Assembly (NCBI GenBank): GCA_050010515.1
Contig: JBEKKX010000017.1
Span: 1 to 49,593 of the forward strand
DNA: 49,593 nt
Reading direction: 5' to 3'
Source of the DNA: Candidatus Bathyarchaeia archaeon
Lineage (GTDB): Archaea > Thermoproteota > Bathyarchaeia > Bathyarchaeales > Bathycorpusculaceae
Below are positions 9,465 to 18,817 of the stretch, piece after piece. The notes beneath the pieces were generated by a model, which worked only from the letters and a program-made list of their open reading frames with translations, did no database searches and was not told where the DNA came from. A program made the translations under genes and the position numbers. The stretch's first letter is position 1, and each line of letters starts with the position of its first letter.

Positions 9465-10523
9465 ATGAAAGCACTTGTTCTCAGCGGTGGAAAAGGAACC
9501 AGACTTAGACCTTTAACTTTTACCTGCGCTAAACAGCTTATCCCAGTAGCTAACAAGCCAATATTGGGATATGTTCTTGACCAGGTGGCGGCAACCAAAA
9601 TAAAAAAGGTGGGCATTATTACTGCGCCTGAGACGGGACAGTTTGTTAAAGACTATGTTAATGACGGTTCAAACTGGAACCTTAAAGTTAACTATATTCC
9701 TCAGGAGCCGCTTGGTTTAGCACATGCTGTGAAGACCGCTAGGCGATTTTTGGGGCAGGATTCTTTCGTCATGTGTTTAGGGGATAACGTTACAGGTCAA
9801 GGCTTGAACTCATTTGTTAAAAAATTTAAGAGTGAACATCTTGATGGGCTTATTATTCTAAAAGAAGTTGAGAACCCATCGAGTTTTGGTATCGCTCAGC
9901 TTGATGATAAGGGCAATATTATCAAGTTGGTGGAGAAGCCTAAAACGCCCATGGGTAATCTTGCTATTATTGGCACTTACCTCTTTTCTAATAAGGTTCA
10001 TCAAGCTATAGAAAGGATAAAGCCTTCTTGGCGTGGAGAGTTGGAAATTACTGATGCAATTCAAGAAATGATTAACTTGGGTTTTTCGGTTAAAGCTGAA
10101 ATCTTGAATTCTTGGTGGCTTGACACAGGCAAAAAAGATGATATTTTGTCGGCTAATGCGAGAATATTGGATGAATATATAGAGCGTGACATCAAAGGAA
10201 CAGTAACAAACAGCGTTATAGATGGTAGGGTTAAGGTTGAACTGGGAGCAAAAATAGTGAATAGTACAGTCAGGGGACCATGCGTAATTGGAAAGAACGT
10301 TTTGATCGAAAACTCCTTCATTGGACCGTACACAAGCGTCGGCAGCGGCTCAGAAATTATTAATTCTAACCTTGAATATTGTGTTATACAAGAAAACGTT
10401 GTCGTTAAAGATGTGGAGCGGTTAGAGGATAGTTTAATCGGCAAAAATGCGAAGGTGACAAGAAACCAAAGGAACAGAACTATCAAGTTGCACGTGGGCG
10501 ATTACTCGGAAGTGGAAGTCTAG
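9465..10523 (+). CDS. rmlA: Glucose-1-phosphate thymidylyltransferase (long form with left-handed beta-helix)
   Basis: LSGGKGTRLRPLT, AKQLIPVANKP, PSWRGELEITDAI, WLDTG, C-terminal hexapeptide repeats. Confidence 0.92.
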   Translation: MKALVLSGGKGTRLRPLTFTCAKQLIPVANKPILGYVLDQVAATKIKKVGIITAPETGQFVKDYVNDGSNWNLKVNYIPQEPLGLAHAVKTARRFLGQDSFVMCLGDNVTGQGLNSFVKKFKSEHLDGLIILKEVENPSSFGIAQLDDKGNIIKLVEKPKTPMGNLAIIGTYLFSNKVHQAIERIKPSWRGELEITDAIQEMINLGFSVKAEILNSWWLDTGKKDDILSANARILDEYIERDIKGTVTNSVIDGRVKVELGAKIVNSTVRGPCVIGKNVLIENSFIGPYTSVGSGSEIINSNLEYCVIQENVVVKDVERLEDSLIGKNAKVTRNQRNRTIKLHVGDYSEVEV

Positions 10524-10592
10524 CCCCGAGAGCATGACAACTATTATAAATATTTTTAAAACATATGGTTAGCAAGCAAACGAGGGATATTA

Positions 10593-11096
10593 ACGTTAAA
10601 AGGGATAAGAATTAAACCAATATGTCGGTTACCCGACGAGCGAGGTTTCTTTACTGAAGTTATGCGTAAAGATTGGAAAGACTTATTTGCAGAAGATACA
10701 ATTGTGCAAGCAAACCTTTCATTAACTTATCCTAACATTATTCGTGCGTGGCATAGGCACCTTAAAGGGCAAACGGACTATTTTTTGGCGCTAAAAGGGT
10801 TAGTAAAAATTTGCGCGTTTGACGAGAAAACAGGAGAAATAAACGAAGTTGTCTCCAGCGCTTTAGATCTGCAAGTGGTGCGTATTCCTGGTCATTATTG
10901 GCATGGCTTCAAAGCACTCGGTAATGAACCCGCTATGCTGTTGTACTTCACTACTAACCTATATGACCCTGCTAATCCCGATGAAGAACGCAGACCATGG
11001 AATGACCCGACAATAGTTCCCAAAATCGTCAACGGCAAGAAAGACGATGCACGTGTTGGTAAACCTTGGGACTGGAATTATCCCCCACATAAGTGA
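10593..11096 (+). CDS. rmlC: dTDP-4-dehydrorhamnose 3,5-epimerase; probable non-canonical ACG start
   Basis: Cupin motifs IRAWHRH..QTDYF and YWHGF; conserved DERGFF lies upstream of the first ATG (10662); in-frame ACG at 10593 follows a GAGGG RBS. Confidence 0.85.
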   Translation, partial: TLKGIRIKPICRLPDERGFFTEVMRKDWKDLFAEDTIVQANLSLTYPNIIRAWHRHLKGQTDYFLALKGLVKICAFDEKTGEINEVVSSALDLQVVRIPGHYWHGFKALGNEPAMLLYFTTNLYDPANPDEERRPWNDPTIVPKIVNGKKDDARVGKPWDWNYPPHK

Positions 11097-11102
11097 TGAA
11101 TC

Positions 11103-12110
11103 ATGAAATTGTTAGTTACTGGCGGTTTAGGATTTATCGGAAGCAACTTTTGCAGGTACATACTTGCGACGTATCCTGATTATGAGTTGATAAATGTTGA
11201 TAAAATAGGCATAGGCGCTAACCCAGCTAGCCTTCTTGATATTGAAAATGACAAAAGGTACACTTTCATAAAAGGTGACATTTGCAATCCGCAGCTTATA
11301 AATAGGCTAATCCATCAAGTTGACGCTGTTGTAAACATTGCGGCTGAGACTCATGTGGACAGAAGCATTGCTGACCCCAACGTGTTTTTGCAGAATAATA
11401 CAGTTGGCACATTTACAATTTTAGAGGCGATACGCAGGCATAATCACAAGGCAAGGCTTTTGCAGGTGTCCACTGACGAGGTTTACGGTGAAGCACTTGA
11501 AGGCTCATTTACGGAGAATACTCCGCCTAAGCCATCTAATCCTTACTCTGCTTCTAAAGCTGCCGCAGACATGTTCGTGCTATCCTACTATAAAACTTAT
11601 AATTTGAATGTGTCCATCACACGTTGTACGAATAATTTTGGTCCATACCAACTTCCCGAAAAGCTGATTCCTAAAACCATTATCCGTGCGCTGAGGGATC
11701 TTCCGATACCGATTTATGGGTCTGGACAAAACATTCGTGATTGGATTTACGTTCAAGATCACTGTGAAGCAATTGCCATAGTTCTTGAGAGAGGAAATGC
11801 TGGAGAAGTATACAATGTTTCAGCTGGGAACGAAATTCCTAACATTGAGATTGCAAAAAGAATTGTCGCGTTGCTGCATAAGCCTGAGAGCTTGATTACT
11901 TTTGTGGAAGATCGTCCTGGGCATGATACACGGTACAGTTTGGATTCTTCAAAAATAAGGTTCACGTTGGGTTGGCAGCCAAAGTTCAGTTTTGATGCAT
12001 CTTTGGAGTCGACTGTTCGCTGGTATCTTGAAAATGAGCGTTGGTGGGCGTCGTTTGCTACAGAAGTGATTCTTCATCCGACGCCTTGGAAGCTGGGTGG
12101 TTTTCACTGA
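11103..12110 (+). CDS. rmlB: dTDP-glucose 4,6-dehydratase
   Basis: TGGLGFIGSNF, AAETHVDRSI, STDEVYG, PYSASKA, PEKLIP, DRPGHDTRY. Confidence 0.95.
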   Translation: MKLLVTGGLGFIGSNFCRYILATYPDYELINVDKIGIGANPASLLDIENDKRYTFIKGDICNPQLINRLIHQVDAVVNIAAETHVDRSIADPNVFLQNNTVGTFTILEAIRRHNHKARLLQVSTDEVYGEALEGSFTENTPPKPSNPYSASKAAADMFVLSYYKTYNLNVSITRCTNNFGPYQLPEKLIPKTIIRALRDLPIPIYGSGQNIRDWIYVQDHCEAIAIVLERGNAGEVYNVSAGNEIPNIEIAKRIVALLHKPESLITFVEDRPGHDTRYSLDSSKIRFTLGWQPKFSFDASLESTVRWYLENERWWASFATEVILHPTPWKLGGFH

Positions 12111-12997
12111 AACTCTTAATTACTGGTGCTATTGGTCTTTACGGCTCCAAACTAGCTGAGCTTGCTGTTGCAAGAAATTTTGAGGTTTATTCCTGTGATG
12201 TTCAGGAGTTGCCGGTTTGTGGTAACTTTGTTAAATTTGACGTTTCAAATAAGGAGTTGGTTAATGAAGCGTTTAAGCGTGTTAAGCCTGATGTTGTAGT
12301 TCACGCAGCTACCCTGACTGATGTGGATAAGTGTGAGTTGAATAAGGAGCTTGCTTGGAAAATAAATGTTGAAGGAACAAAAAATATTGTAGAAGCAGCA
12401 AAAAGCGCGGGCTCTTTTTTGATTTATATTTCGACAGATTACGTTTTCAACGGCGAAAAAGGTAACTATAAGGAGTCGGATCAGCCTGACCCGATTAATT
12501 ATTACGGATTAACCAAGCTTAAAGCTGAAGAATTGGTAAAAGCTCAAGCAGAATATTTTATTGCGCGACCAAGCGTGATTTACGGTTCAACTCCTGCTGC
12601 TGGAAAAGTCAACTTTGCTCTATGGGTGATTGATACGCTTGGTAAGGGTGAACGTGTTAAGATTGTTACTGACCAGTGGAACACGCCTACGTTGAACACT
12701 AATTTGGCTGACATGACAATGGAAGTTGTTGAACGAAGGTTAACTGGAACGTTTCATCTTTGCGGTGCCACACGCGTCAGCAGGTTCGAGTTTGCAGAAT
12801 TAATCGCTGAGGTTTTTGGTTTGGATAAGAGCCTGATTGATCCTGCTTTGTCTTCGCAGTTTGAGTGGCCTGCTAAACGGCCTATGGATTCGTCGCTTGA
12901 TACTTCAAAGGCTCATCAGATTCTGGGAAACAAGCCGCTAGAGATTGGTGAAGCGTTGCAAAGGTTGAAATTCGAGCTTTCAAAGAAAAGCCGTTAA
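12107..12997 (+). CDS. rmlD: dTDP-4-dehydrorhamnose reductase; probable CTG start
   Basis: KLLITGAIGLYG, TDVDKCE, STDYVFNG, YGLTKLKAE, AKRP; CTGA overlap with the rmlB stop. Confidence 0.9.
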   Translation: MKLLITGAIGLYGSKLAELAVARNFEVYSCDVQELPVCGNFVKFDVSNKELVNEAFKRVKPDVVVHAATLTDVDKCELNKELAWKINVEGTKNIVEAAKSAGSFLIYISTDYVFNGEKGNYKESDQPDPINYYGLTKLKAEELVKAQAEYFIARPSVIYGSTPAAGKVNFALWVIDTLGKGERVKIVTDQWNTPTLNTNLADMTMEVVERRLTGTFHLCGATRVSRFEFAELIAEVFGLDKSLIDPALSSQFEWPAKRPMDSSLDTSKAHQILGNKPLEIGEALQRLKFELSKKSR

Positions 12998-13056
12998 GTT
13001 AGACACAAGTGTTTATGTGTGAGTCTCATCATCTTTGGGTTATTTGGGAAGGCCAG

Positions 13057-13416
13057 ATGAAACCGACCAGTGCTAAGCAAATAGCAAGGCAGCGAATTCA
13101 AATATTGTTTGAGCAGGCAAAGCAGGTTTGCAAGACTAATCCGCAGTTAGCCATGCAGTATACTAAGTCCGCAAGGAAGATTGCTATGGCTGCAAAAATT
13201 CGTTTGCCAGTTGAGTTTAAGCGTGAAACGTGTAAAAACTGCAATGCGTTGCTTGTGCAGGGTTATAATTGTCGGGTTAGGATAAAGCAGAACAGGGAGC
13301 CTCACATCGTAATAACGTGTTTAAACTGCGGCAACCAAACTCGTATAATGTTAAGCAAGAAAAAGGAGCAAAAGGAACTTGAGCAAAATAACTACCAAAA
13401 TGAAGCGCCATGTTAG
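13057..13416 (+). CDS. rnp4: Ribonuclease P protein component 4 (Rpp21)
   Basis: IARQRIQILF, Zn-ribbon CKNC...CLNCG; conserved neighbourhood. Confidence 0.9.
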   Translation: MKPTSAKQIARQRIQILFEQAKQVCKTNPQLAMQYTKSARKIAMAAKIRLPVEFKRETCKNCNALLVQGYNCRVRIKQNREPHIVITCLNCGNQTRIMLSKKKEQKELEQNNYQNEAPC

Positions 13417-13678
13417 GCACGTATTGAAAGACGAGAATCCCACCATTTGGGTTGGCAAAGACGGCTTGACTCCTCAGTTAATAAGCGAAATTGAGAAGCA
13501 ACTGCAGCAGAACAAGATGCTGAAGGTTAGAATTTTGCCTGCCGCTTTGCAGGGAGATAATGCAGCCCAAGCGATAGCACTAAAGGCTGCTGAACAAACT
13601 GGTGCTGCTTTGGTTGAGGTTAGGGGTCACGTGTTTATTCTTTTCAGGAAGCGTAAAGCGCAAGAACCATCTGAATAA
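13379..13678 (+). CDS. YhbY-family (CRM domain) RNA-binding protein
   Basis: PTIWVGKDGLT, MLKVRIL, VEVRGHVFILFR. Confidence 0.9.
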   Translation: MSKITTKMKRHVRHVLKDENPTIWVGKDGLTPQLISEIEKQLQQNKMLKVRILPAALQGDNAAQAIALKAAEQTGAALVEVRGHVFILFRKRKAQEPSE

Positions 13679-13859
13679 CGTTGGAAATCAGAATTCAACA
13701 TATGAAATCCGTTTTACTTAAAAAATTAAAAAAATATCTGGCTGAGCTGAACATGTATGACGAGCACACGACAAATCAAAAGACTCATCGACAAACGACA
13801 GGTTCTCTGCGTCACCTCTTACATCATCGCAAAGGATCGAAAATGCTAACAGAAAACAA

Positions 13860-14084
13860 AATGCAAAAACAGTTGCTTGTATCCGATGCGGTGTGTGTTT
13901 GCGCGTTTGTTCCCATAACTTGAGTCCAGTTCTAATCAAAGAGGCCTTTGAAAAAGGTAAGAAGGAAAAGCTAAGAGAACTGAAAGCGGAACTGTGTGAC
14001 GGCTGTGGAAATTGCAGTTACGTTTGCCCGTCAAGAATCGATCTTAAAGGCTCAGTGCTAAGAGCAAAAGCATCGCTGCATTAA
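13860..14084 (+). CDS. Stand-alone RnfC-C-terminus-like 2x[4Fe-4S] domain, start unclear (possibly frameshifted)
   Basis: ACIRCGVCLRVCSHNLSP...CDGCGNCSYVCPSRIDL; first cluster motif begins upstream of the first in-frame canonical start. Confidence 0.6.
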   Translation, partial: NAKTVACIRCGVCLRVCSHNLSPVLIKEAFEKGKKEKLRELKAELCDGCGNCSYVCPSRIDLKGSVLRAKASLH

Positions 14085-14221
14085 AAAAGAATTAACGATC
14101 TTTACTATTTTCTCTTAATTCAAGAGTCAATAAGCTTGCTTAAGCACTAATTCCTCTCAGAGAATATTTATATTAGGCTTCAATGTTTAACTGCAAGGAA
14201 AAACAAAGGATTAGAGCAATC

Positions 14222-14686
14222 TTGACTACTCCTCATGATGTTCCAGCTTCAAAATTCATCGACCGGTTAGCTAGGTATCTTAAGGAAAATGTTGATGAAG
14301 TTCAGCCTCTTCCATGGGCAACTTTTGCTAAAACCGGAAATCATGTAGAAAAGCAGCCGCAGAACCCGAACTGGTGGTATACTCGAAGCGCATCTATACT
14401 TCGCAAAGTTTATGTTTACGGTCCAATCGGATTGGAAAAACTGCGCGCTGATTATGGTGGAAGAAAGAATAATGGCGTTAAAAAATCACATGTGGTCAAA
14501 GCAGGCGGAAACAACATTCGTAAGATTCTGCAGCAACTTGAGACTGCTGGTTTAATTCAAACGGCGAGGCCTCAGGGTAGACGAATGACGCCTAAAGGTC
14601 GTAAGCTGCTTCAGGAAGTTGCTGGAGACTTGTATAAGGAAATAGTTAAGACTATCCCAGAGCTCAAGAAGTATCAAGGCGAATAG
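14222..14686 (+). CDS. rps19e: 30S ribosomal protein S19e
   Basis: WATFAKTG, WWYTRSASILRKVY, IRKILQQLE; TTG start inferred. Confidence 0.95.
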   Translation: MTTPHDVPASKFIDRLARYLKENVDEVQPLPWATFAKTGNHVEKQPQNPNWWYTRSASILRKVYVYGPIGLEKLRADYGGRKNNGVKKSHVVKAGGNNIRKILQQLETAGLIQTARPQGRRMTPKGRKLLQEVAGDLYKEIVKTIPELKKYQGE

Positions 14687-14691
14687 AAGCA

Positions 14692-15021
14692 ATGTCGGAT
14701 GAAGAGCTTGAGCAAATCCGCAAAAGAAAACTATTGTCAATGCAGAATAGAATGGGTGATGAGCAAAGACAAGCTCAAGCAGAAGCGCAAATGGAAGCTC
14801 AAAAACAGGCGTTGCTGAGTAAGATATTGACGCCTGAAGCTCGGCAAAGGCTAAATAACCTCAAGATGGTTAAGCCTGAATTTGCGGAGCAAATAGAGCT
14901 GCAGTTGATTGAAATGGCGCAGACTGGCAAGTTGCCGATTCCGTTGTCAGATGCTCAGCTCAAGGGAATATTGATTCAGCTTCAATCACGGAAGCGAGAA
15001 CCAACAATTAGAAGGATATGA
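14692..15021 (+). CDS. PDCD5-like dsDNA-binding protein
   Basis: [41 protein letters not shown]. Confidence 0.9.
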   Translation: MSDEELEQIRKRKLLSMQNRMGDEQRQAQAEAQMEAQKQALLSKILTPEARQRLNNLKMVKPEFAEQIELQLIEMAQTGKLPIPLSDAQLKGILIQLQSRKREPTIRRI

Positions 15022-15025
15022 AAAT

Positions 15026-15184
15026 ATGGCACGAGTTAAACCTACAGCGAAAAAACTTAGGCTAGCTAAAGCTGGAAAAGAGGCGACGTCTGTTCCAACA
15101 TGGGTAATTGCCCGAACTGACGGTAAAGTTAGGAATAACCCTAAGCAAAGACGAAACTGGCGAACCAGGAAAATAAAGGCGTAG
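15026..15184 (+). CDS. rpl39e: 50S ribosomal protein L39e (below ORF-track cutoff)
   Basis: [52 protein letters not shown], 52 aa; syntenic with L31e. Confidence 0.93.
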   Translation: MARVKPTAKKLRLAKAGKEATSVPTWVIARTDGKVRNNPKQRRNWRTRKIKA

Positions 15185-15200
15185 GAGAAGTAGAGGCTAA

Positions 15201-15704
15201 ATGGTTAAAGAAGACAAAGAGGAACAGAAGAGCGCTGAAGATGAAGAAGAAATGCCCGTTCTTAGTGAAGATGAAACCGCTGAGAAAGAAGAACCTGTAG
15301 AAGAAGCGGCAAAAGAGGAAGCTCCAGTTGAAGAGCAGCCGGCAAAAGAAGAGGCAGAAGAGGAAGAGGAAGTTAAACCTAAAAAGAAAAAGAAAGGGGA
15401 AGTAGAAATTGTTGAAGAACGAACCTACACGATTCCTCTGCAGAGAGCGATGGTTAGGCCGCCAAAGAAGCGTGCTCCACGTGCAATGCAGTTGATAAGG
15501 GCTTTCGTAACAAAGCATATGAAACTGGAAATGAAGGTTTCTGAAGAAGAGGAAGAAGAAGAGTTACCCCAGCTTATAATAAGCCAAGAAGTTAACGAGA
15601 AAATCTGGGATAGAGGTATAAAGAAACCTCCTCGAAAGATTCGTATCCGAGCAGCTAAAGACAAAGACGGCAATGTAACTGTTTACTTAGCTGAAGCTCA
15701 ATAA
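15201..15704 (+). CDS. rpl31e: 50S ribosomal protein L31e with long acidic N-terminal extension
   Basis: ERTYTIPL, KKRAPRAM, VNEKIWDRGIKKPPRKIRIR. Confidence 0.92.
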   Translation: MVKEDKEEQKSAEDEEEMPVLSEDETAEKEEPVEEAAKEEAPVEEQPAKEEAEEEEEVKPKKKKKGEVEIVEERTYTIPLQRAMVRPPKKRAPRAMQLIRAFVTKHMKLEMKVSEEEEEEELPQLIISQEVNEKIWDRGIKKPPRKIRIRAAKDKDGNVTVYLAEAQ

Positions 15705-15927
15705 TTATTTCTTTGAAAGTAACATTGATTACATTAACAAGATTGTAGCGGACCTTCAAGACTTTGCTAGGCCTCTTTACCCTTGTGTAGAAGAAACCGA
15801 CCTAAAAGTGAGAGGAATTGCTTACTTTAAATATTAATTGTGGGCATTTTGGCGCCTATCCAATACAGCAGGCCATGACAGGGGTCAGTCACTTCCCGAT
15901 GAAGAACTGCAAACCGAGGCTGCCTTT

Positions 15928-16218
15928 TCAATAGGGAACTGGCAAGATTTTGCCGTCTTCTTTAACGGAAAGCGCTTTGTCTAGTTCTCTAAAGAATTTG
16001 ATGACTTCTGTTCCGCGAGCGGTGTTTGCGTAAACCACGCTGCTTTTTCCCACTGCTCTCTCTTCAATTAGTCCTTGTTTGATCAGAAAGTTCAAGTATT
16101 CTTTTAGAATATTGCAGTTGACGTTTGCCTTGTACATAATATGCGATATCTTCAGCGGTCCTCTTTGTGCTAAAACGTTCAGAATATCCACGTACATTTC
16201 TAGTTTGGAACGCCTCAT
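15928..16218 (-). CDS. Winged helix-turn-helix transcriptional regulator (HTH_45-like)
   Basis: MRRSKLEMYVDIL, HIMYKANVN, YLNFLIKQGLIEE. Confidence 0.85.
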   Translation of the reverse strand: MRRSKLEMYVDILNVLAQRGPLKISHIMYKANVNCNILKEYLNFLIKQGLIEERAVGKSSVVYANTARGTEVIKFFRELDKALSVKEDGKILPVPY

Positions 16219-16556
16219 ACTTACCCCATCTTACAGGTAAACTGAATTCAGTATTAACGGTATGTGCGTAGCAAACAAAAACTCACTTGAACCAATTGTT
16301 AGGGATAGACATTAACTTGATTGGGCTCTTCTTTCATTCAAGGTTTAGGTTTAGCTGTAGTTGAACGGCTTATAGACGCAATAATTTTTGGTGGTTAGTT
16401 TTGATAGTCAACTTGGAAAAGGCACCACATTCATAGCAAAAATACCAATAGGCAAGCAAGAAAACAATTTTTAATTATTAAAACAGACCACAATCTACAA
16501 AAAGGAGTATGCATGAAACTTCGCCATTAGAACGTTTCATCAGGAGAAATTAATTC

Positions 16557-17240
16557 TTGACCGTTTACTTATCCAGCATAGTTGGAAGCGCAAGCATCAG
16601 TGTGTACTCGTTGGCAACTGAAAACATAGTGATAATTCCGAGAATGGTTCCTAAGGAAAAAGCTCAAGAGTTCGCCGATTGGTTAAAAACCAAACTTGTC
16701 TACACATCCATTGGCGGCTCAGTCCTTGCAGGTGCATTGGCATGCGCAAATTCGAACGGAATGCTGCTTCCAAACTATGTCCGAGAAGAAGAATTAACAC
16801 AAATAAAATCTGTTTTCGAGGGCAATATCACAATTATGGAAACAAAAAAGACAGCTTACGGCAACCTAGTCTTAACCAACGACAAGGGTGCAGTGGTTGA
16901 TCCACGATTTAAAGAAAAGGAAAGAAAAAAAATCTCCGAAACCTTGGGCGTGGAGGCGGTGCCAACAGAAATCGCAGGCTTACCCTATGTTGGCTCCTTA
17001 GCTGTTGCAACAAACAAAGGCGTACTAGCTCACCCATTACTAAAAGATGAGGAAAGAAAAATCTTAGAAAACGTTTTCAAAGTTCCAGTTGACGTGGGGA
17101 CAGTTAACTGTGGCGTTCCTTATGTTGGAACTGGCTTACTTGCTAATTCACATGCTGCTGTGGCTGGTTCTATGACAACTGGACCCGAGATGTTTATTAT
17201 TGGGAATGCGCTGGATGTTGTGCGGGAAGACGAGAAATGA
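16557..17240 (+). CDS. eif6: Translation initiation factor 6
   Basis: GNLVLTNDKGA, VGSLAVATNKG, GTVNCG, GSMTTGPE. Confidence 0.95.
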   Translation: MTVYLSSIVGSASISVYSLATENIVIIPRMVPKEKAQEFADWLKTKLVYTSIGGSVLAGALACANSNGMLLPNYVREEELTQIKSVFEGNITIMETKKTAYGNLVLTNDKGAVVDPRFKEKERKKISETLGVEAVPTEIAGLPYVGSLAVATNKGVLAHPLLKDEERKILENVFKVPVDVGTVNCGVPYVGTGLLANSHAAVAGSMTTGPEMFIIGNALDVVREDEK

Positions 17241-17464
17241 AAGCTTTCAAAGTTACCGGCGAAATCAATAAGCCAAAGCTGAAAACTTCATTTGTTAGAG
17301 AATTGTTAGCTGAAAAGAGCGAGCATGCAGTAGAGAAGGTTTACGCTGAAATAGGCAGCAGACATCGGGTAAAAAGATGTCACATTAAAATAACTAATGT
17401 TCAAGAGATTTCTGCAGAAGAAATTGAGAACCCAATCTTAAAAAAAATTGTAAGTGGAGAATAA
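17237..17464 (+). CDS. rpl18a: 50S ribosomal protein L18a/LX (eL20)
   Basis: AVEKVYAEIGSRHRVKRCHIKI; position between eIF6 and prefoldin. Confidence 0.9.
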   Translation: MKAFKVTGEINKPKLKTSFVRELLAEKSEHAVEKVYAEIGSRHRVKRCHIKITNVQEISAEEIENPILKKIVSGE

Positions 17465-17468
17465 AAAC

Positions 17469-17906
17469 TTGGCCAATAGAAATAAAGCAGAAGAGGAGCT
17501 TCGCAAACTCAGCATGGAAATGCAATATCTAGAGCAAACTGCAGACGCCTTGCAACAACGCATCAGCATGGTGAACGCCGCTGTTACAGAATTAACTTAT
17601 GCTAACATGACCTTGGATGGAATTGAGAAAGAAAAGGAAAACTCTGAGCTTTTGGTTCCAATCGGCGGAAGCGCTTACGTGAAAGTTAAACTTGCAGATT
17701 CAAACAAGGTAATTGTCGGAATGGGCGCAGGCGTATCCATAGAAAAAACTCTGCCAGAAGCAAAAACAACCCTGAAAGAACGGTTGGATGAACTGGAAAA
17801 AACCATGAATGCTGCTCAGCGACAGTTTACCCAAGTGGCTGACCGAATAAACAGTGGCAGAAGCAGGCTTGAAACTTTGCTTGCCGCACGAGAAGGGAAA
17901 CCTTGA
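17469..17906 (+). CDS. pfdA: Prefoldin alpha subunit
   Basis: Coiled coils flanking ELLVPIGGSAYV and VIVGMGAGVSIEK. Confidence 0.92.
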   Translation: MANRNKAEEELRKLSMEMQYLEQTADALQQRISMVNAAVTELTYANMTLDGIEKEKENSELLVPIGGSAYVKVKLADSNKVIVGMGAGVSIEKTLPEAKTTLKERLDELEKTMNAAQRQFTQVADRINSGRSRLETLLAAREGKP

Positions 17907-17910
17907 AGCG

Positions 17911-18816
17911 ATGTTTGAGAAGCTCAAGTCAGGTTTCAAAGGCTTAGTAAATAAAGTTACTACAACAGAACTTAAAGCTGAAAACCTAAACCCTATTTTA
18001 TCAGAATTCAAAATGAGCCTAGTCGAAAACGATGTGGCTTTTCCAGTAGCAGAAAAAATCAGCAACGACCTTGAAAAGCGTCTAGTGGGTGTCCAAGTTA
18101 AACGCCTCGATGACCGCAAAAAAATCGTTGAGGAAAACCTCAGACAAGTTCTTTTAGAAGTCATGCTTACTAACAGAAAAATTGATCTACTCAAGATGGC
18201 GGATGAAAAACGCAAGAAGAAAGAGCCATTTATCTTAATGTTTGTAGGCATTAACGGCACAGGAAAAACCACTACAATCGCAAAGGTTGCGCAGTTTTTC
18301 CGGGATAAAGGCTACTCTGTAGTGCTTGCCTGCGCTGACACTTACCGTGCTGGCTCAATTGAGCAGTTGGAGGAGCATGGAAAACGTTTAAGCATTCGTG
18401 TTATTAAAAGCAATTATGGCGGTGACCCTGCAGCAGTAGCTTTTGACTCTGTTAGTCACGCTAAATCGCATGGAATTAACGTTGTTTTAATCGACACCGC
18501 TGGTAGAATGCAGACTAATCAGAACTTGATGAATGAGCTTGTTAAAGTGAAGCGTGTTGTTGGTCCTGACTTAACTGTTTTAACCGTTGATTCACTGATC
18601 GGCAACGACGCAGTTATGCAAGCGGAAGAATTCAACAAAGCCGTCGGCGTTGACGCCACAATTTTGACAAAGGTGGATGCTGACGTGAAGGGAGGTTCCG
18701 CTTTAAGCGTAACATACGTGACTCAGAAGCCGATTTTGTTTATCGGCGTTGGGCAAACGTATAAGGATTTGGAACTGTTTAACCCTGAAAAATTCGTCAA
18801 CATGATACTACGATAA
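17911..18816 (+). CDS. ftsY: Signal recognition particle receptor FtsY (NG domain only)
   Basis: GINGTGKTTT, DTYRAGS, DTAGR, TKVD. Confidence 0.95.
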   Translation: MFEKLKSGFKGLVNKVTTTELKAENLNPILSEFKMSLVENDVAFPVAEKISNDLEKRLVGVQVKRLDDRKKIVEENLRQVLLEVMLTNRKIDLLKMADEKRKKKEPFILMFVGINGTGKTTTIAKVAQFFRDKGYSVVLACADTYRAGSIEQLEEHGKRLSIRVIKSNYGGDPAAVAFDSVSHAKSHGINVVLIDTAGRMQTNQNLMNELVKVKRVVGPDLTVLTVDSLIGNDAVMQAEEFNKAVGVDATILTKVDADVKGGSALSVTYVTQKPILFIGVGQTYKDLELFNPEKFVNMILR

Positions 18817-18817
18817 A

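Noticed and set aside
15870-15925. Possible C/D-box sRNA between L31e and the wHTH gene
   Set aside because: No proper RUGAUGA box C or terminal CUGA box D.
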